Positions 46,709-55,394 of a stretch of DNA of 64,000 nt are shown piece by piece. Every line of letters starts with the position of its first letter. Positions within the stretch are counted from its first letter, which is position 1. The notes below the pieces were generated by a model that searched no databases, was not told the DNA's origin, and saw nothing but the letters and a program-made list of their open reading frames with translations. Made by a program: the position numbers and the translations under genes. The stretch comes from Kiritimatiellia bacterium (GTDB lineage: Bacteria; Verrucomicrobiota; Kiritimatiellia; CAIVKH01). Where the stretch lies: assembly GCA_039807095.1 (NCBI GenBank), contig JBDHQM010000004.1, positions 62,425-126,424 on the forward strand, written 5' to 3'.

Positions 46709-47806
46709 TCACGGCTTGCCTTTGTCCACCTTGTCCTTTGCTTCCTTGATCAGCTTCCGAATGTCGGGTTTTGGGGGGCGTTTACTCTGACGGAAGGCCG
46801 TCTTCGTCTCGTCGGTGAGTTGCTTCGTTACCTCGTAGGGAAGGTCGGTCGCCTGCTCAAGATTCCGGTCGCCGTAGGGATTGGTAACGGACTTACCGCT
46901 GATCCGAAAGAACCGCTCGTTCGCGTTGATGTGCTCGATCTCAAGGCGCGTGTAAATGGCCGGATCACGGCTCTTGATATAGACATACTTCGCCGCCACG
47001 GGTTTTCGATCCTGGGGCGTGAAGGTGTATTCCGGCTGATAGCCCACATCCGGTGCTTCGTACAGCAACTGTTCGGATACGAGGATTCCGCCGTCGGTGT
47101 CCCCCGGCGACAGAATGACGGTCCACATTATATCGTTCGTGTTGAGTGTAGCCTTGACTTGAAGGTCACAGACGAGAACCTCGTCATTTAAGACAGGCTT
47201 TGCCAGATCGCGCAGTGGTTCTTGACGAATAAAATCGTATCCCCGCAGCCTCCCGGAGTCCTTCATCAAAACCTGAGAGTCCCAGTACCTCACCTCGAGA
47301 CAGAAGGTTGGTTCGCCTTGCTTTCTCAAGCGGAAAATGACGGGCGAATCTTTCGCGGGAGTAAAGGGACGTTGAATGACCCCCTCACGCACAGAATACA
47401 CAAATGCGTTATTTCCATTCTGTGATCTAATGTATTCGTATCCCGTTTTTGATACTCCCTTGATGTAAACACTTCGCCCCTTTTCGCCTTTGAGCACAAA
47501 TGATCCTGCCACGTCTGTCTGGATATTAACGGATTTGGCCTTCCCGAACAACTCGTCCATGGCCGGACTGAACTGAGTAATCTGAATATCAACCGATGCT
47601 CCTTCGACTGGCATGTTGTATTGATCCAGGACTTTACCATAGAACACGATGTCCATATCCTGTTTTCGGAGCACTTCTTTCATCCGTAACATCTTGTCCT
47701 CGTCTGCTTTGCGATCTATAACCGCATGGTCGCTTTGAGCAAAGACCGATACAGCCAGAACGAGAGAACATAGAAAACCAACTGCGTAAGTTCGTTGTTT
47801 CATCAT
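46709..47806 (-). CDS. Secreted paralog B2
   Basis: Signal peptide MMKQRTYAVGFLCSLVLAVSVFAQ; IVFYGKVLDQYNMPVEGASVDIQITQF; C-terminus ...TNPYGDRNLEQATDLPYEV...KPDIRKLIKEAKDKVDKGKP. Paralogous to B1. Confidence 0.75.
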   Translation of the reverse strand: MMKQRTYAVGFLCSLVLAVSVFAQSDHAVIDRKADEDKMLRMKEVLRKQDMDIVFYGKVLDQYNMPVEGASVDIQITQFSPAMDELFGKAKSVNIQTDVAGSFVLKGEKGRSVYIKGVSKTGYEYIRSQNGNNAFVYSVREGVIQRPFTPAKDSPVIFRLRKQGEPTFCLEVRYWDSQVLMKDSGRLRGYDFIRQEPLRDLAKPVLNDEVLVCDLQVKATLNTNDIMWTVILSPGDTDGGILVSEQLLYEAPDVGYQPEYTFTPQDRKPVAAKYVYIKSRDPAIYTRLEIEHINANERFFRISGKSVTNPYGDRNLEQATDLPYEVTKQLTDETKTAFRQSKRPPKPDIRKLIKEAKDKVDKGKP

Positions 47807-48138
47807 GGGTGCTCCATTGACCCGGTAAGGCTAGCATCGCGAAAAAAAGTACGCCAAAACAACCATTCATCAGCGACGTTTGATCGAAACTCCCTGCTGT
47901 GGGAATAGTGTGCAGCGTTGTATCCCCAGTCCTCTAGATTTCTGTGGATCCCAAAGCCGTTCACTGCCGATTCCGTCCCCAACGCTCTAGATCGTGACTC
48001 CACGATTTGGGCAAAGATTTCAAATCGATTAGCGGGAATGACCAACGTACGCTCGTCAAACGGCAGCAGGCTGTCGTAATAGAAACGGTCGCCAGAGGCG
48101 GGAGCGTCCGACGCGAGTGAGAGTAAGCGACCAAGCAT
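47803..48138 (-). pseudogene. Relic copy 2 of the hydrolase 3' end (111-aa ORF)
   Basis: Aligns along ~100 aa with the hydrolase C-terminus (DSAIYRRLLADAIPALSNPMGRNALSGFG...HSDIKDIAYPFTFRIFD vs DRFYYDSLLPFD...RSRALGTESAVNGFG...HSREFRSNVADEWLFWRTFFRD). Overlaps the B2 start by 4 nt (ATGA), as the hydrolase does with A5. Confidence 0.55.
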
Positions 48139-48167
48139 AACGAACGACTAACGGGAGCAGAGACACG

Positions 48168-49157
48168 TCACGGCGCCCGCACTTCCTCCAGCGCGGAGAG
48201 ATTCGTGAAGAGGTTCCTCGTCGGATCAAATTCGACGTTTCGATCATTGGGCGTCGGATTCAGATAGTAGGTGAACGTCAGGCTGCCATAGTCGAATCTG
48301 GAGAAGTCGCCATGGATTTTCCCATACAGGGCGTTGACGATGTTTCCATTGTCGTCCTTCTTCGTGCGCACGCGGAAAAAGTAGTTCTGGTCTTCACTGG
48401 TTCCTGTTGACGACCTTTCCGGGTGTTCAAAGGCATTCTTGACGAGATTGGCCATGTAGCCTGTTTCGGGCGCTTCTCGCGGTAGCCGCAACGCGCTTCC
48501 GCGAGAGGGTGGAACCAGAATGGATTGAATACCGTCCCCATCATTGGAAAAGGTGATTGTCAGCGTCGTGTCGTGGATCTGATATCCGCTCGCAGTCTTA
48601 CCTCCAACTTGACGATGGAGCGTCATGATAAAGTCCGGCGTTGCGCCACGACCGTTTGGCACAACCCAGTCGCCCTTCATCAAGTCGAACCCGATCGGCT
48701 GTCCGTCGGCTGGCATTCTGGCATCACGGATCCATTTGGCATACATCGGTATCGGTTTGCCGATGCGCTTCAACAGAACCTCCACAGTAGGATTCCACGG
48801 CTCCCATCTTTGCTTGAGTGTTCCAACGTAGTTCGTGAAGAGGAGTTTGTAACCGCTACTCCAGTAGTAACCGTCTTTGCCCACCGCGACTCCCGCCTCG
48901 CCCTGGCATGTTTCCTGAACAATACAAAGCCCGTTCGTACCGGTGACGCCTTGCCACTTCTTTTCCCTCCCTCCACCCCAACCCCAACCCGGCTTGATTG
49001 ACTCCACGAAACCCGCGTGAACCTCGGCGTTCGTCACGAGCGAGCCGGTCTCATCTATCACTCGAACGGTGAACATCGCTTTCGGTTCTGCTCGCGAGTT
49101 TAGGGAAAAGACAACAAAGCAAATCAAGCCAAGGCTTGCCCTTGTAAAAAAGCTCAT
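48168..49157 (-). CDS. Secreted paralog A5 (translationally coupled to the upstream hydrolase gene)
   Basis: Signal peptide MSFFTRASLGLICFVVFSLNSRA; C-terminus YFFRVRTKKDDNGNIVNALYGKIHGDF...FTYYLNPTPNDRNVEFDPTRNLFTNLSALEEVRAP. Start overlaps the hydrolase stop by 4 nt. Confidence 0.8.
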   Translation of the reverse strand: MSFFTRASLGLICFVVFSLNSRAEPKAMFTVRVIDETGSLVTNAEVHAGFVESIKPGWGWGGGREKKWQGVTGTNGLCIVQETCQGEAGVAVGKDGYYWSSGYKLLFTNYVGTLKQRWEPWNPTVEVLLKRIGKPIPMYAKWIRDARMPADGQPIGFDLMKGDWVVPNGRGATPDFIMTLHRQVGGKTASGYQIHDTTLTITFSNDGDGIQSILVPPSRGSALRLPREAPETGYMANLVKNAFEHPERSSTGTSEDQNYFFRVRTKKDDNGNIVNALYGKIHGDFSRFDYGSLTFTYYLNPTPNDRNVEFDPTRNLFTNLSALEEVRAP

Positions 49158-52039
49158 TGCAGGCCTCCATCTTGGGTGATCTTGTCAAAAATCCGGAAAG
49201 TGAAGGGATAGGCAATATCCTTGATGTCGCTGTGTCTCCAGTCATTGTCTCTGCGAGGCCATCCGATCGGGTAGACGGCGCGCTGATAATCCATGAAGTC
49301 AACATTTGCCCGTCCAAATCCGCTCAGGGCATTGCGCCCCATCGGATTTGAAAGCGCCGGAATAGCATCGGCAAGAAGCCGTCGATAGATAGCCGAGTCA
49401 CGGACATTGGAGTGTCCATCAAGCAAAAAATCGCTTCCCGTCATAGGAGCATAGAGTTCTTCATTGTCAAAGTGTCGGAAAAATGAGTTTGTTTTTAGGG
49501 TCGCCTCCGACAGCGCCTTCGCCTGTACAGGCGGCATCCTAGCATAGACAGGAAGTTCGGTTTGCAGGTCATAGCCGATTATCACATCATAATCCGAGTT
49601 GAAACCCCATCCGGCCTCACAGTTGCCAGGCGCAAGCCACATGAGAGTTGTGCCTTTGCGCATCTCCTGATTGACCCATGCCTGAGTACGGCCAATCGAA
49701 GGAACGGAACCGTCAGAATTCTCCAGCACGTCTTCGGTGGAAGAAAAATAGTTGTAGGCAAAGGAAATATTCTGGAACCGATCACGCCAGGTCAGAGAGT
49801 TCCTTCCGTCGCCGGAATCAAACAGTTGATACCATTCGGTGGCCCAAAGACGGTTGCTGTAGTTCTGCCAATCAGGGTGCCGCATAGTGGCCGTATCAAG
49901 GGCGCTTGCTTTGTATGCTTCCGTCGCAACCGCCGCATTCAGCATGAAGTAGGTGTTGACACTCAGGCGGTTGTCCTTGATCGCGCTGGAGACGACCATG
50001 TTTCCCAAGCTGTGACCCGCAATGTACTTCGTGCCAGGCAGTCCATTGACGGCCGCTGCGAGATTCGATGAAGACTCAAACGCATTGACGACATTTCTGT
50101 AATAATCCGGTGTCTTACCACCACCGAGCCACCAGGGAAGCCATTCCGTGACTTGGCCTTCATTCCCGAACCACGTCACCGCTGTGAACATGGCGCGCGA
50201 ACCAGCCTGATACAAGCGCTTGAACATCTCGGCATTCCACCCGCGGGCACCAGCTTCGCTGACGCTGTAACCGTGGACAAAGATGAAGTGCTTGTCGTTA
50301 CAGTGGGCGTCGGGATTGTTGGCCGGATCGCCGGGCCTACTGTCCCTCTGTCGGCCCGGCCGCAAGTTGATCCAGCGGTACATCTTTTCCACGCCGTCAA
50401 TGCGCATAGGTAGTCTAGCTTCGGTGACTACTTTGCCGTCTAGTCGGACTTCTAATACCAGCGGATTTTGTGTGGTTGCGCGCCCTTCGAAGAGCAGAAC
50501 TCCCTTGCTGGGATCGCTTTTGATTTTGTTTACAAATTCTTCGCTGAGTTTTACGCCTCCTGCCGTCACCCTGAACACGGGCGCGCTGTACGAATCCTTG
50601 TCAAAGGAAGGCCCATAACTTTTGCTATCTACGATGAGAAAGTCTCCCGCGTTCCCCTTCGACAAATCGGTATATACCGCATTCAATGCGTCATCCGCTT
50701 GTTTTAGATAGCACTCAACCTGCGTGTCGTCCGGCATTTGGCGTAGTATTTGCCCCACGTCCAACCAGACCGGAAAGAAGTCGGTCAAATCGCTGCGTCC
50801 GTCAATTTTATCGTTTTTGCAATTTGCCTTCCTGCCCTGCTCGGGAACATCACTGTCTCCGTCGGAGATATCGCCGTCATCCGCATCGTCATTGATCCAG
50901 AACCGGAATGGATTATTCGTACTCGCTTGATTTGCGTCTTCGTCATCAATCCGACGATTATGATTCCAATCCGGTGTCAAAGCTGCCTTCAGCACGGTGT
51001 ATTTTAATTTATCTCGCGCCCCACTTTGGGGATGTTGGGCAGTGAGTGTGTATTCACCGGGGGCTGCGCCCTCCAGGTAGAGTGTCAGGCCTTCACGCAC
51101 GCACTCCATGGTGTAACTGGATGCCGCATTGGTCATCTTCCGCCGGTCTTCATAGCAATTTTCGATCCCGGACAATGTGATCACCTCGTCGTCCGGCAAA
51201 TCCGACGGCCACACCGAAATTGTGACGGGGACCAGATCGGGATCCTCCGAAAGGAGAGGCGCTTCGGTGTTGTCCGGCTCGCCACTTTCATCACTGTCAT
51301 TGTCGTTCACGCCAATGAACATACCCGGCTCTTCTTCATCTTCTTCGGCAATTCCAGCCTGAATATCCACCTTCACCACTGTAAAGGGGCGTGCATCTGA
51401 GCATCCAGCCGCTGTGACGCTCACGGTTTCTCCGCGAAATGTCGCGCTGGGCCGCCCAGTCTCTTTTACCACAGCTTCGGCGCCATGCGGCGGGTTCGGA
51501 TCAAACACCGTACCGGCAGAACCGTACAAGCCCCAAGCAACCGATCCAGCGGTTGCCCACGCCGTGGCTGTAAGCCGGTCAACTTCATGCGCATCGGTCA
51601 GATCAATTCCCAGCCACGATTTGGAAATATTGAGTGCCGTCTCATTCACGGTGAAGGAATGTGAAATCGTATAGATTTGTGGACACGGATCACATACAGA
51701 CGCGACCGCATGCAGCGAAAACATAACAACGGCTTCTCCTGCAGACCCGACAACAAAATCGGCGCAAGACCCCGGCCCGTTGCTTGGACTGGCGTCCACG
51801 CCGGTTACTTCCCACTTCCATGTTAGCTGATCGTAAGAATAGCTGCTCCCATCTTTGCATTGTCCCGGAATGCGCTCCACCTCCGCACATACAGAGACGC
51901 CGTCACCTTTACACACTGCAGTTGGCGCGGGTTCTTGAATGACTAGATTAACGGATGGACAGGTCTGGGCGAGGAGCGAGATGGGTCCGCCCAGAAAGAC
52001 GGCGGCAAGCAAGAGAAGACACGCGGGGAGAATTTTCAT
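49154..52039 (-). CDS. Sec-secreted 961-aa multidomain alpha/beta-hydrolase (lipase/esterase-like, GHSLG nucleophile motif)
   Basis: Signal peptide MKILPACLLLLAAVFLGGPISLLAQ; Cys-rich N-terminal region; Asp/Glu-rich low-complexity stretches; alpha/beta-hydrolase core with HFIFVHGYSVSEAGARGW (oxyanion region) and IAGHSLGNMVVSSAI (GxSxG). The ~100-aa C-terminal domain is the part duplicated as relics 1-3. Confidence 0.75.
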   Translation of the reverse strand: MKILPACLLLLAAVFLGGPISLLAQTCPSVNLVIQEPAPTAVCKGDGVSVCAEVERIPGQCKDGSSYSYDQLTWKWEVTGVDASPSNGPGSCADFVVGSAGEAVVMFSLHAVASVCDPCPQIYTISHSFTVNETALNISKSWLGIDLTDAHEVDRLTATAWATAGSVAWGLYGSAGTVFDPNPPHGAEAVVKETGRPSATFRGETVSVTAAGCSDARPFTVVKVDIQAGIAEEDEEEPGMFIGVNDNDSDESGEPDNTEAPLLSEDPDLVPVTISVWPSDLPDDEVITLSGIENCYEDRRKMTNAASSYTMECVREGLTLYLEGAAPGEYTLTAQHPQSGARDKLKYTVLKAALTPDWNHNRRIDDEDANQASTNNPFRFWINDDADDGDISDGDSDVPEQGRKANCKNDKIDGRSDLTDFFPVWLDVGQILRQMPDDTQVECYLKQADDALNAVYTDLSKGNAGDFLIVDSKSYGPSFDKDSYSAPVFRVTAGGVKLSEEFVNKIKSDPSKGVLLFEGRATTQNPLVLEVRLDGKVVTEARLPMRIDGVEKMYRWINLRPGRQRDSRPGDPANNPDAHCNDKHFIFVHGYSVSEAGARGWNAEMFKRLYQAGSRAMFTAVTWFGNEGQVTEWLPWWLGGGKTPDYYRNVVNAFESSSNLAAAVNGLPGTKYIAGHSLGNMVVSSAIKDNRLSVNTYFMLNAAVATEAYKASALDTATMRHPDWQNYSNRLWATEWYQLFDSGDGRNSLTWRDRFQNISFAYNYFSSTEDVLENSDGSVPSIGRTQAWVNQEMRKGTTLMWLAPGNCEAGWGFNSDYDVIIGYDLQTELPVYARMPPVQAKALSEATLKTNSFFRHFDNEELYAPMTGSDFLLDGHSNVRDSAIYRRLLADAIPALSNPMGRNALSGFGRANVDFMDYQRAVYPIGWPRRDNDWRHSDIKDIAYPFTFRIFDKITQDGGLQ

Positions 52040-54267
52040 GGCAGCCGTTTGAGATCGCCCGCGACGCGGCGATCAAAGTTTTCCCAATCCGAACGAGAAT
52101 ATTTCTTTTCCTGTGCTGCCGCCCGCTCGATGTTACGGTCGTATTGGAGCAAGAGCGCCTTACCCACGACCGCGCCATCGCGCGGCAAAAGGCTTTTCGA
52201 TCCGAGGGCCAGGTGCAGGCATTGTACGCAACGATCGCGTTCGGTCGTATTGCCATGCTTATAGGCTTGAAGGGCTTTCCAATACCAAGCCGTGACGCAT
52301 AGGATATGTGTCGGCGATTCTACGACGAGTTGATCGAATATCGGCAGCGCTTCGGTCGCGCGCTCGCAATTCATTAGCCAGCGACAATACGGAATGCCGA
52401 CGTGTACCCGACCAAGTGGCGGCGTGGCGGGATCGTCCAACCAGTCGCGCGCGAAGGCGTCTCCTGCCCCTTGTGGTCCCGATAGACTGTATGCTTCCAC
52501 CAACAGTCCCAAGTACGCCCAGAAACTTTCGCGAGGGGACCACAACCATTCCCGTTTCTGCGCGTCGAGGCTCTCCCAAAGATGAAGCGCTTTCGCCGAT
52601 TGTCCAAAGTCGTAAATCTGCCGACGAGCCAGGTGAAACAGGATATCTATCGCGACCGAGGGGTGCTCCTCCCTATAAAATCGTTCCAGCGCTATCCCCG
52701 ATCCGCGCCCAAACAATGTCTCTGCCCAGGGCCGCAGTGTTTGTGATGCAGCAGCAAGCTGGCGAGCAAAGTCCATCAGCACAATCGGATCAGTCTCGTC
52801 GCGCAGTAGTTCTTCGATTTCAGGGCGCGCTTCAAGCAGCGCATCGCCCTGCCCCGCAGCGACCAACTCTTTTGCCCACAAGAGTTTTGCCTGCAACTTG
52901 AATCGAAGTGGAACGTCGTCGCTTCCGCCGATCTGCTTATACAGGGCTGCGGCCTCAACATGCCGCTTTGCTGACGATTCGACGCGAGCGAGCGACCATA
53001 GCGATTTTGACCACAGCTGGTGGTCCGGCTTCAGTGTTCGGACGTTCTTCGCAAGCAATTCTCTCGCACGCTCTGTACGCTTGGCCTTGGCACACACGAG
53101 CGCGAGCGCGTGTGTGATGCGCGGCGCATACCGCTCCCCATAGCGCGCAACGGCTTCGGCAATCAACTTCTCTTCCCCTGCCGATTCTCCGTTTTGCAAT
53201 CGCATTTCCACTACGGTTTTCGCGGCGGCAAGCCATTCGGTTGCACTAAGTCCTTGCGTTTCGAGCAGCACGCCAGCCAACTCTTCGCACCGACTCTCCT
53301 GCTGCGGCGCAGCGGTACTGGCCAATAGCATCTTGCGCATTTCCGTTTCAACGACGGGAAAGAGTGATCCCTCTTCTTGCATCCACTTTTGCGCAACGAC
53401 CTGCCACTGGCGCATGTCATTCTTGCGCAATTCGCGCACGATGCTCAGCACGGTGCGCGCCCGAAGAGGCGCACTCGTTCGACGCAGCCCATCGAGTAGT
53501 TTTTCGCTGATCTGCCAACCGCCCAAGTTTCGACGCGCGGCGATCAGCGTATTCCACGACTCGACGGTCTTGGCCGTATAGCGCCCGATGCGGATTGCCT
53601 GCCCGGCCATCTCCAGCGCACGCGTGTGCTCGCCCCGGGCCAGCGCGATTTGTGCCAACCCCTCGCGCGCCCGACACGCGCCGCGCTTGCTGGCCTGCAG
53701 TGCGCACTCAAAGAATTCCTGCGCGCAGCCAAGCTCACCCTCGCGAAGAAACAGAAATCCAAGTCGCGTCGCCACCACACTCACGCGTGGCGGCGCCATC
53801 GGCACCATCACCTCGCCATCTTCGGCAAGTCGCCGGTTGGCGCTACGGACCTCCTCGTCGAATTGCTGGAATTTGGCCTTCGCCACCGCGAACGTATGGC
53901 GGGCGATCAGAAGCGCGTCGTCAACCTGCGCCATCTTTATATACGCACGCACCTGGCCCAGTAGCGGACGCAACCAGAGCAAATGATGCCCCAGGCAGAG
54001 CGTCGCAGCCTGCTGATAAATACCGATAGCCGATGTATACGCCCCGCGCTTGTATTCGCTATCGCCAACCAACGCCAGCACGCGCCCCTTGTCGTGACGC
54101 GCCAGCGCCGGATTGGCGAGCAAACGGTTTGCCCCGTCCAGCGATGCGACAAATTCCCGCCGCTGCACCGACTCGCTCACGCGACGCAACGACGACGCCA
54201 GCGGGTCTCTATCCGCCGGCGCAGTGTACACCTTCTTCCGAAACCGCTCTCTCTCGGTTCTCCTCAC
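52036..54267 (-). CDS. Cytoplasmic TPR-repeat protein (743 aa), translationally coupled to the hydrolase gene
   Basis: Many TPR-like helical hairpins (e.g. GEHTRALEMAGQAIRIG, AALYKQIGGSDDVPLRFKLQAKLLWAKEL); no signal peptide; stop overlaps the hydrolase start (ATGA). Confidence 0.65.
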   Translation of the reverse strand: MRRTERERFRKKVYTAPADRDPLASSLRRVSESVQRREFVASLDGANRLLANPALARHDKGRVLALVGDSEYKRGAYTSAIGIYQQAATLCLGHHLLWLRPLLGQVRAYIKMAQVDDALLIARHTFAVAKAKFQQFDEEVRSANRRLAEDGEVMVPMAPPRVSVVATRLGFLFLREGELGCAQEFFECALQASKRGACRAREGLAQIALARGEHTRALEMAGQAIRIGRYTAKTVESWNTLIAARRNLGGWQISEKLLDGLRRTSAPLRARTVLSIVRELRKNDMRQWQVVAQKWMQEEGSLFPVVETEMRKMLLASTAAPQQESRCEELAGVLLETQGLSATEWLAAAKTVVEMRLQNGESAGEEKLIAEAVARYGERYAPRITHALALVCAKAKRTERARELLAKNVRTLKPDHQLWSKSLWSLARVESSAKRHVEAAALYKQIGGSDDVPLRFKLQAKLLWAKELVAAGQGDALLEARPEIEELLRDETDPIVLMDFARQLAAASQTLRPWAETLFGRGSGIALERFYREEHPSVAIDILFHLARRQIYDFGQSAKALHLWESLDAQKREWLWSPRESFWAYLGLLVEAYSLSGPQGAGDAFARDWLDDPATPPLGRVHVGIPYCRWLMNCERATEALPIFDQLVVESPTHILCVTAWYWKALQAYKHGNTTERDRCVQCLHLALGSKSLLPRDGAVVGKALLLQYDRNIERAAAQEKKYSRSDWENFDRRVAGDLKRLP

Positions 54268-54433
54268 TGCGATCTCACCCTCCTTGAGTGGAATCCCACG
54301 TATCCAACTGTAAAATTCGGCCGGTTAGCGCGATCCCCGCAGAGACCTTTGCCTCACGGCCATCGTCGATAGGGAACTGGAGCTGTATTCAGCGCTCCGC
54401 CTATCAACGATACGTTCAAATTTTTATGACTCT

Positions 54434-54691
54434 CTATCCGCGATAAATCACAGCCGCCACACCGCGCCGCGCGGTAGCTCTCATTGCGTCGGCTGCGGTC
54501 GAAAAGCGCGCGTGCCTGAAGTACTCCGCATCGGCGGGTCTGATTGTCGCCGACGGATGCGGCTTGACCCGCACAACCTTCGGCAGACGTTTCGCCCGTC
54601 CGGCACCGCCCGCAGGCAGTGCGAGAAATGCACACGCGACCGATGCGGCCCCGAGCATTTTGACGAAATTTCTACGCGAAAGAGAAGTCAT
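54434..54691 (-). CDS. Small (~85 aa) twin-arginine-signal secreted protein
   Basis: MTSLSRRNFVKMLGAASVACAFLALPAG matches the Tat consensus S-R-R-x-F-[LV]-K followed by an h-region. The track ORF starts further upstream at 54742. Confidence 0.45.
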   Translation of the reverse strand: MTSLSRRNFVKMLGAASVACAFLALPAGGAGRAKRLPKVVRVKPHPSATIRPADAEYFRHARFSTAADAMRATARRGVAAVIYRG

Positions 54692-54977
54692 ACGCTCTAA
54701 TAAAACGGTATATCGCGCAAAATCAATCTCTTTTCCGGACAAATTTATTTCTTTTTGTTACCTCCTTGGCAACAGCGCGTTACTACGCATTATCGAGCGA
54801 CGATTTCAAGAAATTTCGCAAATTTCAGGCTCGATTACGTAGACGCGCTTCAGCATTTTGACGAAAACCATAGCCATCATGATGCACGGGAGAAGCAGCC
54901 TCCTCCGTGTCGCCCGCAGCCGATATTCGGAGCAGAACCCGCCAGAGGCGGGCGGAAGAATGCGTCGCAGCTCCGCT

Positions 54978-55394
54978 CTCCCGCGCAGCGGAGTGCGCGG
55001 GCCACCTATGCGCGGTTATTCGTGTCTGTCGCCGCCCTGTTGAAGGCGGTGGTGGATTGATGAGGACGAGTCGCGATCGCGATTGCGATCGGGATAAAAC
55101 AATGCGCTGTGTATTCGCTTTCCCGCGCAGCGGAGTGCGCGGGCCACCTATGCACGATTATTCGCGCCTGGCGTCGCCCTCGCCGAGGGCAGAGGTGGAT
55201 TTGAGTCGCGATCGCGATTGCGATCGGGATAAAACAATGCGCTGTGTATTCGCCTTCCCGCGCAGCGGAGTGCGCGGGCCACCTACGCGCGATTATTCGC
55301 GCCTGGAGCCGCCCTCGCTGAGGGCGGTGGTAGATTGACGGAGACGAGTCGCGAGTCGCGATCGCGATTGCGATCGTGATAAAACAATGCGCTG
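54978..55394. repeat. Three tandem ~135-142-bp direct repeats, each containing two GC-rich hairpins
   Basis: Units start at 54978, 55120 and 55255 (cccgcgcagcggagtgcgcgggccacctatgc...), ~90% identical. Conserved hairpins cccgcgc-agcggagt-gcgcggg and ccgccct-cgctg-agggcgg, and a conserved tail cgcgatcgcgattgcgatcgggataaaacaatgcgctgtgtattcgc. ORFs 55006..55494(-) and 54907..55338(+) are repeat artefacts. Confidence 0.85.

Noticed and set aside
40653-54742. Mobile element / genomic island interpretation of the hydrolase-paralog locus
   Set aside because: No integrase, transposase, flanking tRNA, direct repeats at the borders or GC shift evident. Duplication relics are internal to the locus rather than mobile-element scars.
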